Assembly (NCBI GenBank): GCA_033764015.1
Contig: JANRJK010000013.1
Span: forward strand, 224,001-288,000
Source: Candidatus Sumerlaeia bacterium
GTDB taxonomy: Bacteria > Sumerlaeota > Sumerlaeia > SLMS01 > JANRJK01
Direction of reading: 5' to 3'
DNA length: 64,000 bases
Shown: positions 19,115 through 28,864 of the stretch, piece after piece
Layout of the letters: every line of letters begins with the position of its first letter
Position numbering within the stretch: the stretch's first letter is position 1
Notes under the pieces: model-generated
What the model saw: only the letters and a program-made list of their open reading frames with translations
The model's database searches: none
What the model was told of the DNA's origin: nothing
Program-made: the position numbers and the translations under genes

Positions 19115-19509
19115 GGCGCGGGCATCCCATCCCAGACGGGGCGCGCCTCCGAGGGGGCCAGCTCCGTCTCTCCGTAGCGGATCCGCACATCCCGTCCACG
19201 GCACGCCTTGCGCAGCGTCGGCCAAAGGGCCCGGTCGCGGAAGCGGAGCTCGCGGACGCCGCGCGCCGCGATCAGCTCCGCGAGCGCCTCCGAGACAAGG
19301 TTCGGTTTCTCCGACACATCCCCGACCGGGCGGAGCGCCTGGTAGTCGCTGGTCTCCGGGTAACCGAGGCGCACCAGCTCCGAGTCGCCAGGGCGCTCGA
19401 CGGAGATGCCGCCGGCGTGCGAATCGAGCAGCACCAGCAGCACACCGGGCTCAACCGCCGGACCCGCCGAGGCCGCGTTGCGGACTTCAAGCACACGCCC
19501 GCCGCTCAC
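19111..19509 (-). CDS. Small hypothetical protein
   Basis: Exactly fills the gap between two genes, with GTGA overlaps at both ends. Confidence 0.55.
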   Translation of the reverse strand: MSGGRVLEVRNAASAGPAVEPGVLLVLLDSHAGGISVERPGDSELVRLGYPETSDYQALRPVGDVSEKPNLVSEALAELIAARGVRELRFRDRALWPTLRKACRGRDVRIRYGETELAPSEARPVWDGMPAP

Positions 19510-22500
19510 GGCGCGGGGGCCTCGGGCTGCCCGAGTTCCGACACCGCCTGCTGCAGGCGGCGGAACAGCTCGCGCTGGAAGGGCGTCGCCGCCTGCTGGC
19601 GAAGCGACGTCAGGAGCCGTTCCGCCGTCACGCGGTCCCGTTCGGCGAGCGCGATCCGCAGCCGCATGGTCAGCGTCTGCGCGTCCGCCGGCGGTGAATC
19701 GATCCCGATGCGAAGGTCCAGCAGCGGGCGGGCGTTCGCCTCGTCGCCGAACATCTCGAACAGGCATGCCGCGGCCACCTGCACATCCTGAGGGGTGGCC
19801 TCGGCGATCTTCCCGAACGCTTCGCGGAGCGCCTCGGGAACTCCGGACTCGCTGGATGCGAGCCGCCGCGCGAGTGCGTAGCGGTACGTCGCGAGGAAGG
19901 CGGGGTGCAGCGGCTCCGTCTCCGCGCCCGCTTCGCCGAGCAGCCGCGAAGCCTCCTCGAAGGCGCCCTCACGGGCAGCGATCAGTGAGGAGAGGAGTCG
20001 GTAGTCCCCGGGCCGCGTTTCGTCGGCGAGCAGCATGCGGACCGCGTCGCGGGCATCGCCGGACTGCCGCGCGCGGAGCGCGATGGTGGCGAAGGCCCCC
20101 AGGAACTCGCGGCGCCGCGCGAGCACCGCCTCCCGGTGCCCGCGCAGGAACGCCCGTTCGGCCCATCGCTCCGGCCCGGGCAGCGGGGCGACCGCCCGCG
20201 CGATGATCCGCATCCGCCCGTGCGACGTCCGGTAGTCCGACCAGTACGCCGCGTCCAGCGCGTCGCGGTATAGCGTCTCGCGCAGGTGTTGCGGCGCGAA
20301 GTGGTCCAGCGTCGCCGCCACCGCGACCGCCTCCTCCTCCGACGGATCGCCCGCCTCGCCGGTCGCCGCCGACGCGAGCAGCTCCAGCAGCGTCGAGTAC
20401 GAGACCACGTCGCCCGGATTCATCGACACCGCCTTGCGCAGGTGCCGCATCGACTCGGCCAGGTGCTCCGCCGCCTCCGCTTCCGGCACGTAGCGCGCCA
20501 GCAGGCGGTGCGAGCGGAAGAGCGTCGCGTGGCTGAAGTGGAAGGTCTCCTCGCCAAGGGCGGCGCGAAGCTTGGAGATGCCGGTGCGCGCGTTGTTCGT
20601 GGCGTAGGCGGCGAGTTCCGCCGCGCGCCGCTCGTCGCCCGAGCGGCCCGCGGCCTCCGCCTCGCGGAAGACCAGTTCCGCCTCACGCACATAGAGCTGA
20701 CCCTCCAGCGACTGCAGCGGGCCGGACGCGGGGATGTAGTAGCTCGCAGAGTTCGCCCGCTCTTTGGCGCCGGCAAGCTCCGCGTAGGCGGCGTCCAGCC
20801 CCTCGCGGGTTCGCTGCTCCACAAACGCCCCCGCGGTGGACGCCATGCGTTGCGCGTCCGCACGGAGCAGTGTGCCGCTGAACCAGCGGCACGCGGTCGC
20901 CGAGAAGACCTGCGCAGCCACAAGCGCGACCGTCACCGTCATCAGCATCGCCAGCGCCGTCGGCAGCGCCGGGTACACCGCGGCCACCGTGTTCGCCGGA
21001 GCCGGCTCCCGCACGGTGCTCCCCGGGGCGGGCGGCTGCTCCGGATCCGCGAGCGGCGCCAGCCATAGCTGGTCGCCCGAGGAGAGCATCGCCAGGAGCA
21101 CCGCCAGCGTCATCGCCAGCGGGGGTATCCGCAGGGGGAAGTCCGCCCCCGCGTGCAGCAGCAGGCCCAGCGCCGCCGCGAAGATCCCCGCCTGCAGGAT
21201 CGTCCGCGTCGGGGTCAGCGTCGACCCCATCGCCAGCCATCCAAGCCGCAGTGCGGCGAACAAGCCGGCCAGCGCGAGCCCGAGGCCCACCGCGCCGGTC
21301 TCGATCATCGTCTGCAGGTACTCGTTGTGCGCATGGAAGGAGCGCAGCGCCGTCGGCGCCAGCAGCGAGCGCGGATGCTCTTCGAAGTACGCGCCCTGCC
21401 AGTCCGGATAGATGTATTGGAACGCTCCGAACCCGTGCCCCAGCAGCGGGGCGTCCAGCACCATCGGGATGCCGATCGCAAGGATCCGCAGGCGCGTCTC
21501 CGCGAGCAGCCGCTCGCCCGAAACATCGTTGAGCCGCTGCGTGATCGTGATGTCCCGCCTCGCGAGCGGATTCAGGTCCGACACCACGAGTTGCGAGACC
21601 ACTAGCACCGCCGCCAGCGCCAACCCGCCCAGGATGTAGTGGCGGGGCACGCGCAGCAGCGAGAAGCGCCACGCGAGCATCCGGAACAAGAGCAGGCAAA
21701 GGACGAGGATCGGCACCACCGCGCGGCTTTGGGCGAGCACAAGCACGTAGCCGATCAGGCCGAGCGCGCCCACGATCGCGGCGCGCATCCACCGCTCGCT
21801 CGAATTCCGCGTGCCGAACAGCAGCGCGGCCAGAAGCAGCGTCGGCGCGATCAGGAAGCTGCTCAGGCCCGTGTTGTGCCCGATGAAGGAGCCCAGCGCG
21901 TTGCGGTGGTCCGCCTCGACGAACCGCACCCAGAAGCCATCGAGCAGTCCCGGCGCGACATGCTGCAGCGCGGAAACCGCCGCGCAGAGCACGCCCACCG
22001 ATATCAGCAGCCCCACCGCCTTGTACGCCAGCAGCCGCGAGCGCAGCAGGAACTCCGCGCAGAAGTAGAACGCCAGCCCGGCGGCGACCTGCAGCAGCGC
22101 GGTCAGCGAGTGGAAGAACCCACCGCCCCCGGAATCCGGCAGGCCCTGCGGGAGCGCGAAATCCGGAACGAACTCGGGCGGCCAAAGCCGCAGGCTGAGC
22201 GCAGACCAGGCGAGGAAACCGAGTGCGGAAAGGCGCACCGCCCAGCGGAGCGCGCGACGGCTCGCATCGGGCGCCGCGAACTCGAAGACCCGCGCCACCT
22301 TCAGCCGCTCGAGGCAGACGCCGAAGAACAGGAACGGAAGGAGGAGCACCGTGCAGGCGGCCCAGGCGAAGAACTTCATCTCGAGCACCGGGGCGAAGCC
22401 GCCCAGGTAGAACTGCAACTGGTCGATCCAGATCCACTTCTGGAAAGCGTCGCGCGCTTCCCGGTCCCACCCGCCGAACGCTCCCGCGAACCGCGCGAGC

Positions 22501-22727
22501 CGGTCCAGCAGCTCAAGCGAGGTCTCGTTCGAGAAGAGGTACACGTACATCAGCGGGACGGCGAGGAGCGCCGTCAGCAGCGCGAGCTCCGCGCCGCGGC
22601 GCGCCAACGCCCCGAGCTGCTCGCCGGCGGAAAAGCTGTGGACCGCGCCGCCCCTGCGGGCCACTTCTTGCGAGAGGAACAGTTGCGGCGGCTTCCGCGC
22701 CAAGCGGCTCTTCGACGACGTGTTCAT
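19506..22727 (-). CDS. Large O-antigen-ligase-family protein with long C-terminal helical/TPR-like region
   Basis: 'LGSFIGHNT', 'LAQSRA', 'PLLGHGFGAF', 'HAHNEYLQTMIETG'; long Ala-rich helical tail after the last TM. Confidence 0.8.
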   Translation of the reverse strand: MNTSSKSRLARKPPQLFLSQEVARRGGAVHSFSAGEQLGALARRGAELALLTALLAVPLMYVYLFSNETSLELLDRLARFAGAFGGWDREARDAFQKWIWIDQLQFYLGGFAPVLEMKFFAWAACTVLLLPFLFFGVCLERLKVARVFEFAAPDASRRALRWAVRLSALGFLAWSALSLRLWPPEFVPDFALPQGLPDSGGGGFFHSLTALLQVAAGLAFYFCAEFLLRSRLLAYKAVGLLISVGVLCAAVSALQHVAPGLLDGFWVRFVEADHRNALGSFIGHNTGLSSFLIAPTLLLAALLFGTRNSSERWMRAAIVGALGLIGYVLVLAQSRAVVPILVLCLLLFRMLAWRFSLLRVPRHYILGGLALAAVLVVSQLVVSDLNPLARRDITITQRLNDVSGERLLAETRLRILAIGIPMVLDAPLLGHGFGAFQYIYPDWQGAYFEEHPRSLLAPTALRSFHAHNEYLQTMIETGAVGLGLALAGLFAALRLGWLAMGSTLTPTRTILQAGIFAAALGLLLHAGADFPLRIPPLAMTLAVLLAMLSSGDQLWLAPLADPEQPPAPGSTVREPAPANTVAAVYPALPTALAMLMTVTVALVAAQVFSATACRWFSGTLLRADAQRMASTAGAFVEQRTREGLDAAYAELAGAKERANSASYYIPASGPLQSLEGQLYVREAELVFREAEAAGRSGDERRAAELAAYATNNARTGISKLRAALGEETFHFSHATLFRSHRLLARYVPEAEAAEHLAESMRHLRKAVSMNPGDVVSYSTLLELLASAATGEAGDPSEEEAVAVAATLDHFAPQHLRETLYRDALDAAYWSDYRTSHGRMRIIARAVAPLPGPERWAERAFLRGHREAVLARRREFLGAFATIALRARQSGDARDAVRMLLADETRPGDYRLLSSLIAAREGAFEEASRLLGEAGAETEPLHPAFLATYRYALARRLASSESGVPEALREAFGKIAEATPQDVQVAAACLFEMFGDEANARPLLDLRIGIDSPPADAQTLTMRLRIALAERDRVTAERLLTSLRQQAATPFQRELFRRLQQAVSELGQPEAPAP

Positions 22728-24747
22728 GCCCCAAACCGTTCGGGCACAGCCCCTCCAAGCCAAGAGAGATTCAGCCCGCTTGCCCTCCGCCAGCAACCCG
22801 ACCCCGCCGGCGCGGCCGGATTTCCGCCGCCTCGCCTGGCTCCTCGACCGCGCACAGCCGTTCCGTCCGCTCCCCGCCGCCCATACGGCTGCCCTCGCCT
22901 TCGCCGTCCTCTGCGCGGCATGGCTGGCGGCGCCGCTCTGGGCCGCGCTGCTCGCCGACCCGCCCGCGGAGGACTTGGTCATCGCCGCCTCTTCTCGGGA
23001 CGTCGCCGCGGAGCCGCGCGCCCGCTTCAACGGCGCGTGGGTTGAGGACCCCGACGGTCTTGTTCCCGGGCCGGAGGCGACTCTCGAGTTCGCCGTTCCC
23101 GCGGGCGAGGCGCAGCGGCTCGTGCTCCGCCTGCAAGGCGACCCCCGCACCGAGTGGACAGCGCGGCTGTCGGGCGGCGGCGCGTCCGTCACGGTCTTCG
23201 GCGTCCGCGCCGGAGCCGATGCGGAGATCGCCGGCCCTGGGGTGCCGGAGATCCTTCTCGGCGCGCGCGATGCCACCCTCGTCGTCGGTCCGCGCGACGC
23301 GGCGACCGCCGGCGCCCTCGGCTCGGCTCGGCTGCGCCTCACCTTGTCGCCCGCTTCCGACGCTCCCGGAGCCGCCGGGCTGGCGGCGCTGGCCCTGCTG
23401 CCCCTCGTTCTGTCGGTCGCGCTGATGGCGGCGCGCGGATGGGAGTCCGCCCGCGCGATCCTCTTCGCGTTCGGCGTCGCCGGCGCCCTGGCGCTCGCCG
23501 CGCGGGCGTTGCCGATGGTGCGCGAGCTCGCCCCGGCGCTCGCGCTCATCCTCGCGGGACTCTCCGCCAGCGCCCTCGTGCGCAAGCTGGTCGCCGGAGA
23601 CGAGGCGCCGCGCGCGCGGCTGCTTCTGGAAGCAGCGGTCCTTGCTGTTGTCCTTGTCGTCGGCGCCGAGTCGCGCTTCGCCGCATGGGCCGACGCGCGC
23701 TGGTTCCCGCTCCGGCCCGACGCCGTGCAGTATCTGCAGCAGGCGGTGCAGGGTACACAGGCCGTCGAGGGCGCGCCCGACGTTCGCGAGCCGCTCCTCG
23801 CCGCGTCGCTCAAGGCCGCGTGGCTTGTGCTGCCCAACAGCATCGCATCCGCGCGCCTCGCGACGGCGCTGCTGTCCGTCGCCGCCATCGCCGCTGCCTG
23901 GGGCCTGGGGCGGAGCCTTCACTCGCCCCTGGCAGGGCTGGCCGCCGCCGCGGTGGTCGCGTTGAGCCCCGTCTGGATCGAGGGCGCGCCATCCGTCCTG
24001 GCGACCGACCTGCTCGCGGTGCTCGTGGCCGCGGTGCTTTGGCTTTCCTCGCGTCCCCCGATGGCGGGACCGGCGCAGGCCGCGGCGGTTGGCGGCGCCT
24101 GCGGCCTGCTGCTGCTGGCGCAGCTCGGCGCGCTGCCGCTGGTCGCCGCGGCGATCGCGTGGAACGCCCGCCGCGCACGCTGGAGCCTCGCGGCCATCGC
24201 TCTTGCGTCGGGCCTCGCCATCGCCGGGGCGGCCCCCACGATTCTCGCGAACCTCGATGCGGGCGGCCCGTTCCATAACCTCGAAATGCACACGCGATAC
24301 TACGCCAATCGGCACCTCGGCGCTCCGGACGGCGACGCCGGTCCCTACGCCGGCGGGCCGATGTCCACCGCGGCGTGGCTCTCGCGCTGGAGTCCGGCCG
24401 ATTTCGTGGCGCGCCCCGTTCTCGGCGCGTGGAACGCTTTCGCCATCGTCCTCGCGCGGCAGGCGCTGTTCCCGGCGGGCGCCTGGCTGCTGCTGCCGTT
24501 CCTCGGCGTGCCGTGGCTCTTGTGGCGGCGGCGCGACCTCATCGCCCCCTTGGCGCTGCTCGCCGCGTGGGCCATCCCGCTCTGCCTCGTGGCCCGGGAA
24601 GGCATCGACTGGCGCCTTGCCGCGCCCGCCGCGCCGCTTCTCGCGGCCTTATGGGCCGCTGCGATCGTCGAGGCCGCCAGGGCGCTTATGGAGCGCCGAG
24701 CCGCAAGTACTCCTCGATCACCTCGACCCGCGCACGCGCCAGCCTGA
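22726..24747 (+). CDS. GT-C/ArnT-like (family 39-type) membrane glycosyltransferase; start uncertain
   Basis: Multi-TM with 'RPDAVQY', 'REPLL' and 'ARLATALLSVAAIAAAWGLGR' ArnT/PMT-like segments. Confidence 0.6.
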   Translation: MPQTVRAQPLQAKRDSARLPSASNPTPPARPDFRRLAWLLDRAQPFRPLPAAHTAALAFAVLCAAWLAAPLWAALLADPPAEDLVIAASSRDVAAEPRARFNGAWVEDPDGLVPGPEATLEFAVPAGEAQRLVLRLQGDPRTEWTARLSGGGASVTVFGVRAGADAEIAGPGVPEILLGARDATLVVGPRDAATAGALGSARLRLTLSPASDAPGAAGLAALALLPLVLSVALMAARGWESARAILFAFGVAGALALAARALPMVRELAPALALILAGLSASALVRKLVAGDEAPRARLLLEAAVLAVVLVVGAESRFAAWADARWFPLRPDAVQYLQQAVQGTQAVEGAPDVREPLLAASLKAAWLVLPNSIASARLATALLSVAAIAAAWGLGRSLHSPLAGLAAAAVVALSPVWIEGAPSVLATDLLAVLVAAVLWLSSRPPMAGPAQAAAVGGACGLLLLAQLGALPLVAAAIAWNARRARWSLAAIALASGLAIAGAAPTILANLDAGGPFHNLEMHTRYYANRHLGAPDGDAGPYAGGPMSTAAWLSRWSPADFVARPVLGAWNAFAIVLARQALFPAGAWLLLPFLGVPWLLWRRRDLIAPLALLAAWAIPLCLVAREGIDWRLAAPAAPLLAALWAAAIVEAARALMERRAASTPRSPRPAHAPA

Positions 24748-25516
24748 TCTGCCGCTGGAAATGCGGCTCGCTCCCCTCGACCGCCAGCTCGGCGAGGTTC
24801 TCCGCCACCACATCGAGTTGCAGCGCCGTATCGCGGAAGCCGCCCCTCGCACTTTCCATCAGCCGCGGCGAGCGCGCCGCAAGCTCCCGCGCGAGCTCCG
24901 CCAGTTCCACCGCCACCCGCCGCACGTCCGCCCGCGCCGCGGGGCCGAGCCGCTCCATTTCCGCCAGCCGGCGGCGCGACTCCGCGGCGAGGTCCGCCAA
25001 CGAGAGCCGTCCCAACGACGAACGGAAAACCGGCGCCGCGAACTCTCCGGCTGTCCAGTCGGCCGGCAGCGCATCCGCCCCGGTGCCTCCCCTCGCGGGG
25101 AACACCGCGAGACGCGCCAATGCGGCCAGGCGCTCCGCCGACTCGCGCCCGAGCCGCTCCGACGCGTCGAGCTGCCTCGCGCGCCGCGCCAGCAGGTCGC
25201 CCTCGTAGAGCTGAAGCAGGCGCCGTAGCCGCTCGCCCTCCGAGCGCGCGTCCACGCTCCGCAGCCCGCCGACGGACTCCGTCTGCGAGAGCAGCGCATC
25301 CAACTCGCGGCGCGCCTGGTCGACCACCGCGGAGGACGACTCCGGCGGGGCCGGGTTCGCGCGCAGCCGCCACGCAGCTTCAACCGACGATTCGAACGCC
25401 GCCACCTGCCGGAGCAGAGTCGCGGACGTCGCGTCGTCGCGCGTGAGCGACTCGCCGTCCTGCGCGTGGGCGCAGGCCGCCAGCAGCAGCAGCATCGCGG
25501 CAGCGCGCGCCTTCAC
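24686..25516 (-). CDS. Hypothetical secreted all-helical protein
   Basis: GTG start overlapping the upstream stop; signal peptide 'KARAAAMLLLLAACAHA-Q'. Confidence 0.65.
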   Translation of the reverse strand: MKARAAAMLLLLAACAHAQDGESLTRDDATSATLLRQVAAFESSVEAAWRLRANPAPPESSSAVVDQARRELDALLSQTESVGGLRSVDARSEGERLRRLLQLYEGDLLARRARQLDASERLGRESAERLAALARLAVFPARGGTGADALPADWTAGEFAAPVFRSSLGRLSLADLAAESRRRLAEMERLGPAARADVRRVAVELAELARELAARSPRLMESARGGFRDTALQLDVVAENLAELAVEGSEPHFQRQIRLARARVEVIEEYLRLGAP

Positions 25517-28500
25517 GCCGGTGGCTCCAGCGTGACGCGGACCCCGCGCGCGGGCGTCCCGTCGGCCTCGAGCAGGTGGGCGCAGAACCCCCAGCCGAGC
25601 GCGCCTTGGCTGATCTTCAGCAGCAGCGTGTTGCGCCCGGCGCGCAGCGGCAGCGCCACGCGGTCCTCCTGCGACGTGTAGCCGCGCCCCACGTGGTTCG
25701 CGTGCAACCGCGCGCCGTCCAGGAACACCGCGAGGCCGTCGTCGCTTCCCGCCGCGAGGAGCACCGTCCGCGCCTCGTCGGCGATGATCCAGCACAGCGC
25801 GTAGCCCACCGCGTACTCCAACGATCCGCAGAACGCCGAGTTCAGGTCGACGAACCACTCCTCGGCGAGGTCCGCGCCCGGCTCGAGTGGACGCTCCACA
25901 CGGCGCCACCCGACCTCGACGCCTCCTTGGCCCGCGAACCGCGCGGCCTCGTCGAAGCCCCGCTCCGGCGGATGCACCGCGTCGAGTCCCGCCTCCCAGG
26001 GATTGTCGAACGGCCCGCAGAGCCACCAGCCGTTGACCGAGGGGAAGGCGTCGCGCGCCATCTCGAAGCGGATCGAGGTGCCGTCCAGCGTCAGCTCCGC
26101 GGTGGCCCGGATCCGCGCCGGCATCAGCGCGTCGGCGGGGCGGTAGACGTGCGCGACGCCGAACGGAATGCGCCGGTCGACGAGCTGGTTCGCGCCGCCG
26201 ACGAACACCGGCTCGGCCAAGCCCTCCACGCGCGGCAGATGGAAGTCCACCGATCCGAATCCCGGCTGCTCCTCCTGCTCGAGGAGCGCGGCCACGCGGA
26301 AGCAACCCTCGCCGACCGCGTCGACCCGCAGCGCCGGCGACACGCGCGCGATGCGGCACCACGCCTCCGCGATGCGCCGCCGCCGCCCCGGGTCCGGCTC
26401 GCGGCCATGCATCGCCGCCAGCTCCTTCAGCGCCAGCGAAAGGTTCGTTGAGAACAGCTCCTCCGTCACGAACACGTCGTTCTGCGACGGCTGCTGGTGG
26501 AGCATGAGCCCTTCGAGCGCGCGCACGAGCGGCTCGCACTCCACCGGGCCCAGCGCGGTCGCCGCCGACGCCGCGAGGTGGAAAAGCCCGCAGCCCCGCG
26601 CCGCGTGCGCGCCGCCGGGCGACAGCCGCGCCTCGTCGCTCACGTCGATCACATGCGGAGCGTTCGCCCTCCCGAAGTCCATCGCCAGCTCGAATCCCTC
26701 GCGCGTGTTCCGCTGGCGCACCGACACCTGCAGCGCGTGCGCTTCGATGTCGTAGGTCCACTCCGGCGCGGTGTCGCGCGTCTCCGCCTCCACTTCGCGA
26801 CCGTCGAGCTTCACCGAACGCGGCGGGTACACACCCAAGACCGTGATCGTGGCGACGCGCGACTCGGGCATTCCGTCGTAGGAGCCGACGACGCCTTCGA
26901 CGCGCACCGCGAGCTTCGTCCCGTCGCGCTGCTGCGTGATGCGCGTGCGCGCCACTGCGCCATCGAGGTACGCCGGCGTGGCGCCGTCGTCCTCGGCCAG
27001 CGTGAACTCGCCGCGCTCGCCCGGGAAAATGTAAAGGTGAAGCGCCGACGGATCATGGTCGCGCGTGCGCAGCGCCGGCGGCGCGAGAGGCACGATGGCT
27101 CCCGCCCGCACGAAGACCGGGAGCGCCTCGAGGCCCGCGAGGAATCGCAGCCGGCCGCCCCCGTCGTGCCGCTCGCGTGTGTCCCAGCGCACCCACGCGC
27201 CCGGGGGAAGCCACACCTCGCACAGGGCGAGTCCGGTATCCGGCGACACCCGCGAAACCACGGGCGCGACGAGCAGCTGCGCGCCCAGCATGAACTGCCC
27301 CGGCGACGCGTAGGCGTCCTCCTGGTGCGGCCAGTGCAGGTACATCGGGCGCAGCGGAGGCATGCCAGACCCGTGCGCCTCGTGCGCGAGCGAATAGAGG
27401 TACGGCAGCAGCGAATAGCGCAGCCAGACCGCTTCGCGCGCGTGCTCGAACAGCTCCTGCGGCATCGCCGCCCAGAGCCGCCGCTCCGCGTGCGGGTTGT
27501 TCGAGCCGTGCGTCCGGAGCACCGGCGACAGCGCGCCCCACTGCACCCACCTAAGGTACAGCTCCGGCTCCACCGCGCCCGGCTGGAAGCCACCGATGTC
27601 GTGGCTCCAGTACGCGAAGCCGACGTTCCCCGCCGTCGCCGTGAAGCCGATCTGGAACGCGAGCGACTCCCACGTGGAGAAGACGTCGCCGCTGAAACCA
27701 AGCGGATACCGGTGCCCGCCGATTCCGCCCCAGCGGCTCAGGATCAACGGGCGTTCGCGGCGCGCGGGGTTCTCTTCCTGGTCCCGCCAGTGCGCGTGGT
27801 TCAGCCACCACAGCGGATCGAGGCCCCGGATCGACGTCGTCTTCTCCTGCTGCCAATCGATCCACCAGAAGTCGACGCCCTGCGCCTCGATGGGCCGGTG
27901 CAGCACGTCGAAGTAGGCCCGCATGAAGCGCTGGTCCGCCGCGTCGAACGGAACCGCGTCCTTGGCGTCTAGATCATGGCCGAGCGCCTTCGCCATCGCC
28001 GGGTGGGCCGCCTCGTGCGCGCCCACGCCGTCCGCCGGGTGCAGGTTGAGCGCCGTCCGGAGCCCTGCCCCGCGCGCCCACCGCAGGAACCCGTCCGGAT
28101 CGGGAAAGCACGCCGGATTCCACGTGTATCCGGTCCACCCTTCGAGGTGCCAATCCATGTCGACCACGAGCACGTCGAGCGGCGCACCGTGCGCGTCGAA
28201 CTCCGCGGCCAAGTCCTTCAGCTCCGCGTCGGAGTACGCCCAGTAGCGCGACCACCACATGCCGAAGGCATAGCGCGGCGGGACGGGGATGCGGCCGAAG
28301 ACGGCGGTGAAATCGCGCAGCGCATCCGCGAACCGGCTACCGTAGACGAACAGATACCAGTCGGCGTGGTGCCCGGCGGGGCGCGCCTCCACCCAGCCGT
28401 CCGCGCGGAACACGGGCCGCGCCGTCTCGTCCACCACGGACCACCCGCGGCGGCTTAGCACACCCGGCTCCAGCGGCGCGGCACCGTTGACATTGTCAAG

Positions 28501-28848
28501 CGTCCGCGTGGTCCCCCCCAGGTTCGCGGGGTCCCCGGAGGGATACGCGAACTCGATCTCGGCGCCGTCGATCTCGATCAGGCCCTCGGCGCGCGGACCT
28601 CCGAGCAGCGTCAGCGAAAGCACCGCCTCCGCCGTGGCGATCCGCAGCTCGCGACCCTCTCCCGACGCGGTGTAGCCCGGCACCGGCAGCGCCCGCTCCA
28701 CGGCGCCGAGCGTGGCGCGGTCCTCGAAGGAGGCGCCGTCCGCGTGCTCGATGCGGAAGAGCCGCGGCGTGAGCACGGTCACGCGCCAGTCCCCCCGCAC
28801 GACAATCGCGCGCGGATCGGCCGCTGGGTTGTGCTGCGTGGGGGCCAT
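25513..28848 (-). CDS. Glycoside hydrolase family 31 with extra C-terminal domains
   Basis: 'GMWWSRYW', 'VVDMDWH', nucleophile motif 'FWWIDWQQ', 'GFSGD', 'WSHDIGG', 'ELYLRWVQWG'. Confidence 0.9.
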   Translation of the reverse strand: MAPTQHNPAADPRAIVVRGDWRVTVLTPRLFRIEHADGASFEDRATLGAVERALPVPGYTASGEGRELRIATAEAVLSLTLLGGPRAEGLIEIDGAEIEFAYPSGDPANLGGTTRTLDNVNGAAPLEPGVLSRRGWSVVDETARPVFRADGWVEARPAGHHADWYLFVYGSRFADALRDFTAVFGRIPVPPRYAFGMWWSRYWAYSDAELKDLAAEFDAHGAPLDVLVVDMDWHLEGWTGYTWNPACFPDPDGFLRWARGAGLRTALNLHPADGVGAHEAAHPAMAKALGHDLDAKDAVPFDAADQRFMRAYFDVLHRPIEAQGVDFWWIDWQQEKTTSIRGLDPLWWLNHAHWRDQEENPARRERPLILSRWGGIGGHRYPLGFSGDVFSTWESLAFQIGFTATAGNVGFAYWSHDIGGFQPGAVEPELYLRWVQWGALSPVLRTHGSNNPHAERRLWAAMPQELFEHAREAVWLRYSLLPYLYSLAHEAHGSGMPPLRPMYLHWPHQEDAYASPGQFMLGAQLLVAPVVSRVSPDTGLALCEVWLPPGAWVRWDTRERHDGGGRLRFLAGLEALPVFVRAGAIVPLAPPALRTRDHDPSALHLYIFPGERGEFTLAEDDGATPAYLDGAVARTRITQQRDGTKLAVRVEGVVGSYDGMPESRVATITVLGVYPPRSVKLDGREVEAETRDTAPEWTYDIEAHALQVSVRQRNTREGFELAMDFGRANAPHVIDVSDEARLSPGGAHAARGCGLFHLAASAATALGPVECEPLVRALEGLMLHQQPSQNDVFVTEELFSTNLSLALKELAAMHGREPDPGRRRRIAEAWCRIARVSPALRVDAVGEGCFRVAALLEQEEQPGFGSVDFHLPRVEGLAEPVFVGGANQLVDRRIPFGVAHVYRPADALMPARIRATAELTLDGTSIRFEMARDAFPSVNGWWLCGPFDNPWEAGLDAVHPPERGFDEAARFAGQGGVEVGWRRVERPLEPGADLAEEWFVDLNSAFCGSLEYAVGYALCWIIADEARTVLLAAGSDDGLAVFLDGARLHANHVGRGYTSQEDRVALPLRAGRNTLLLKISQGALGWGFCAHLLEADGTPARGVRVTLEPPA

Positions 28849-28864
28849 CCGGGGACCTTCGGGC

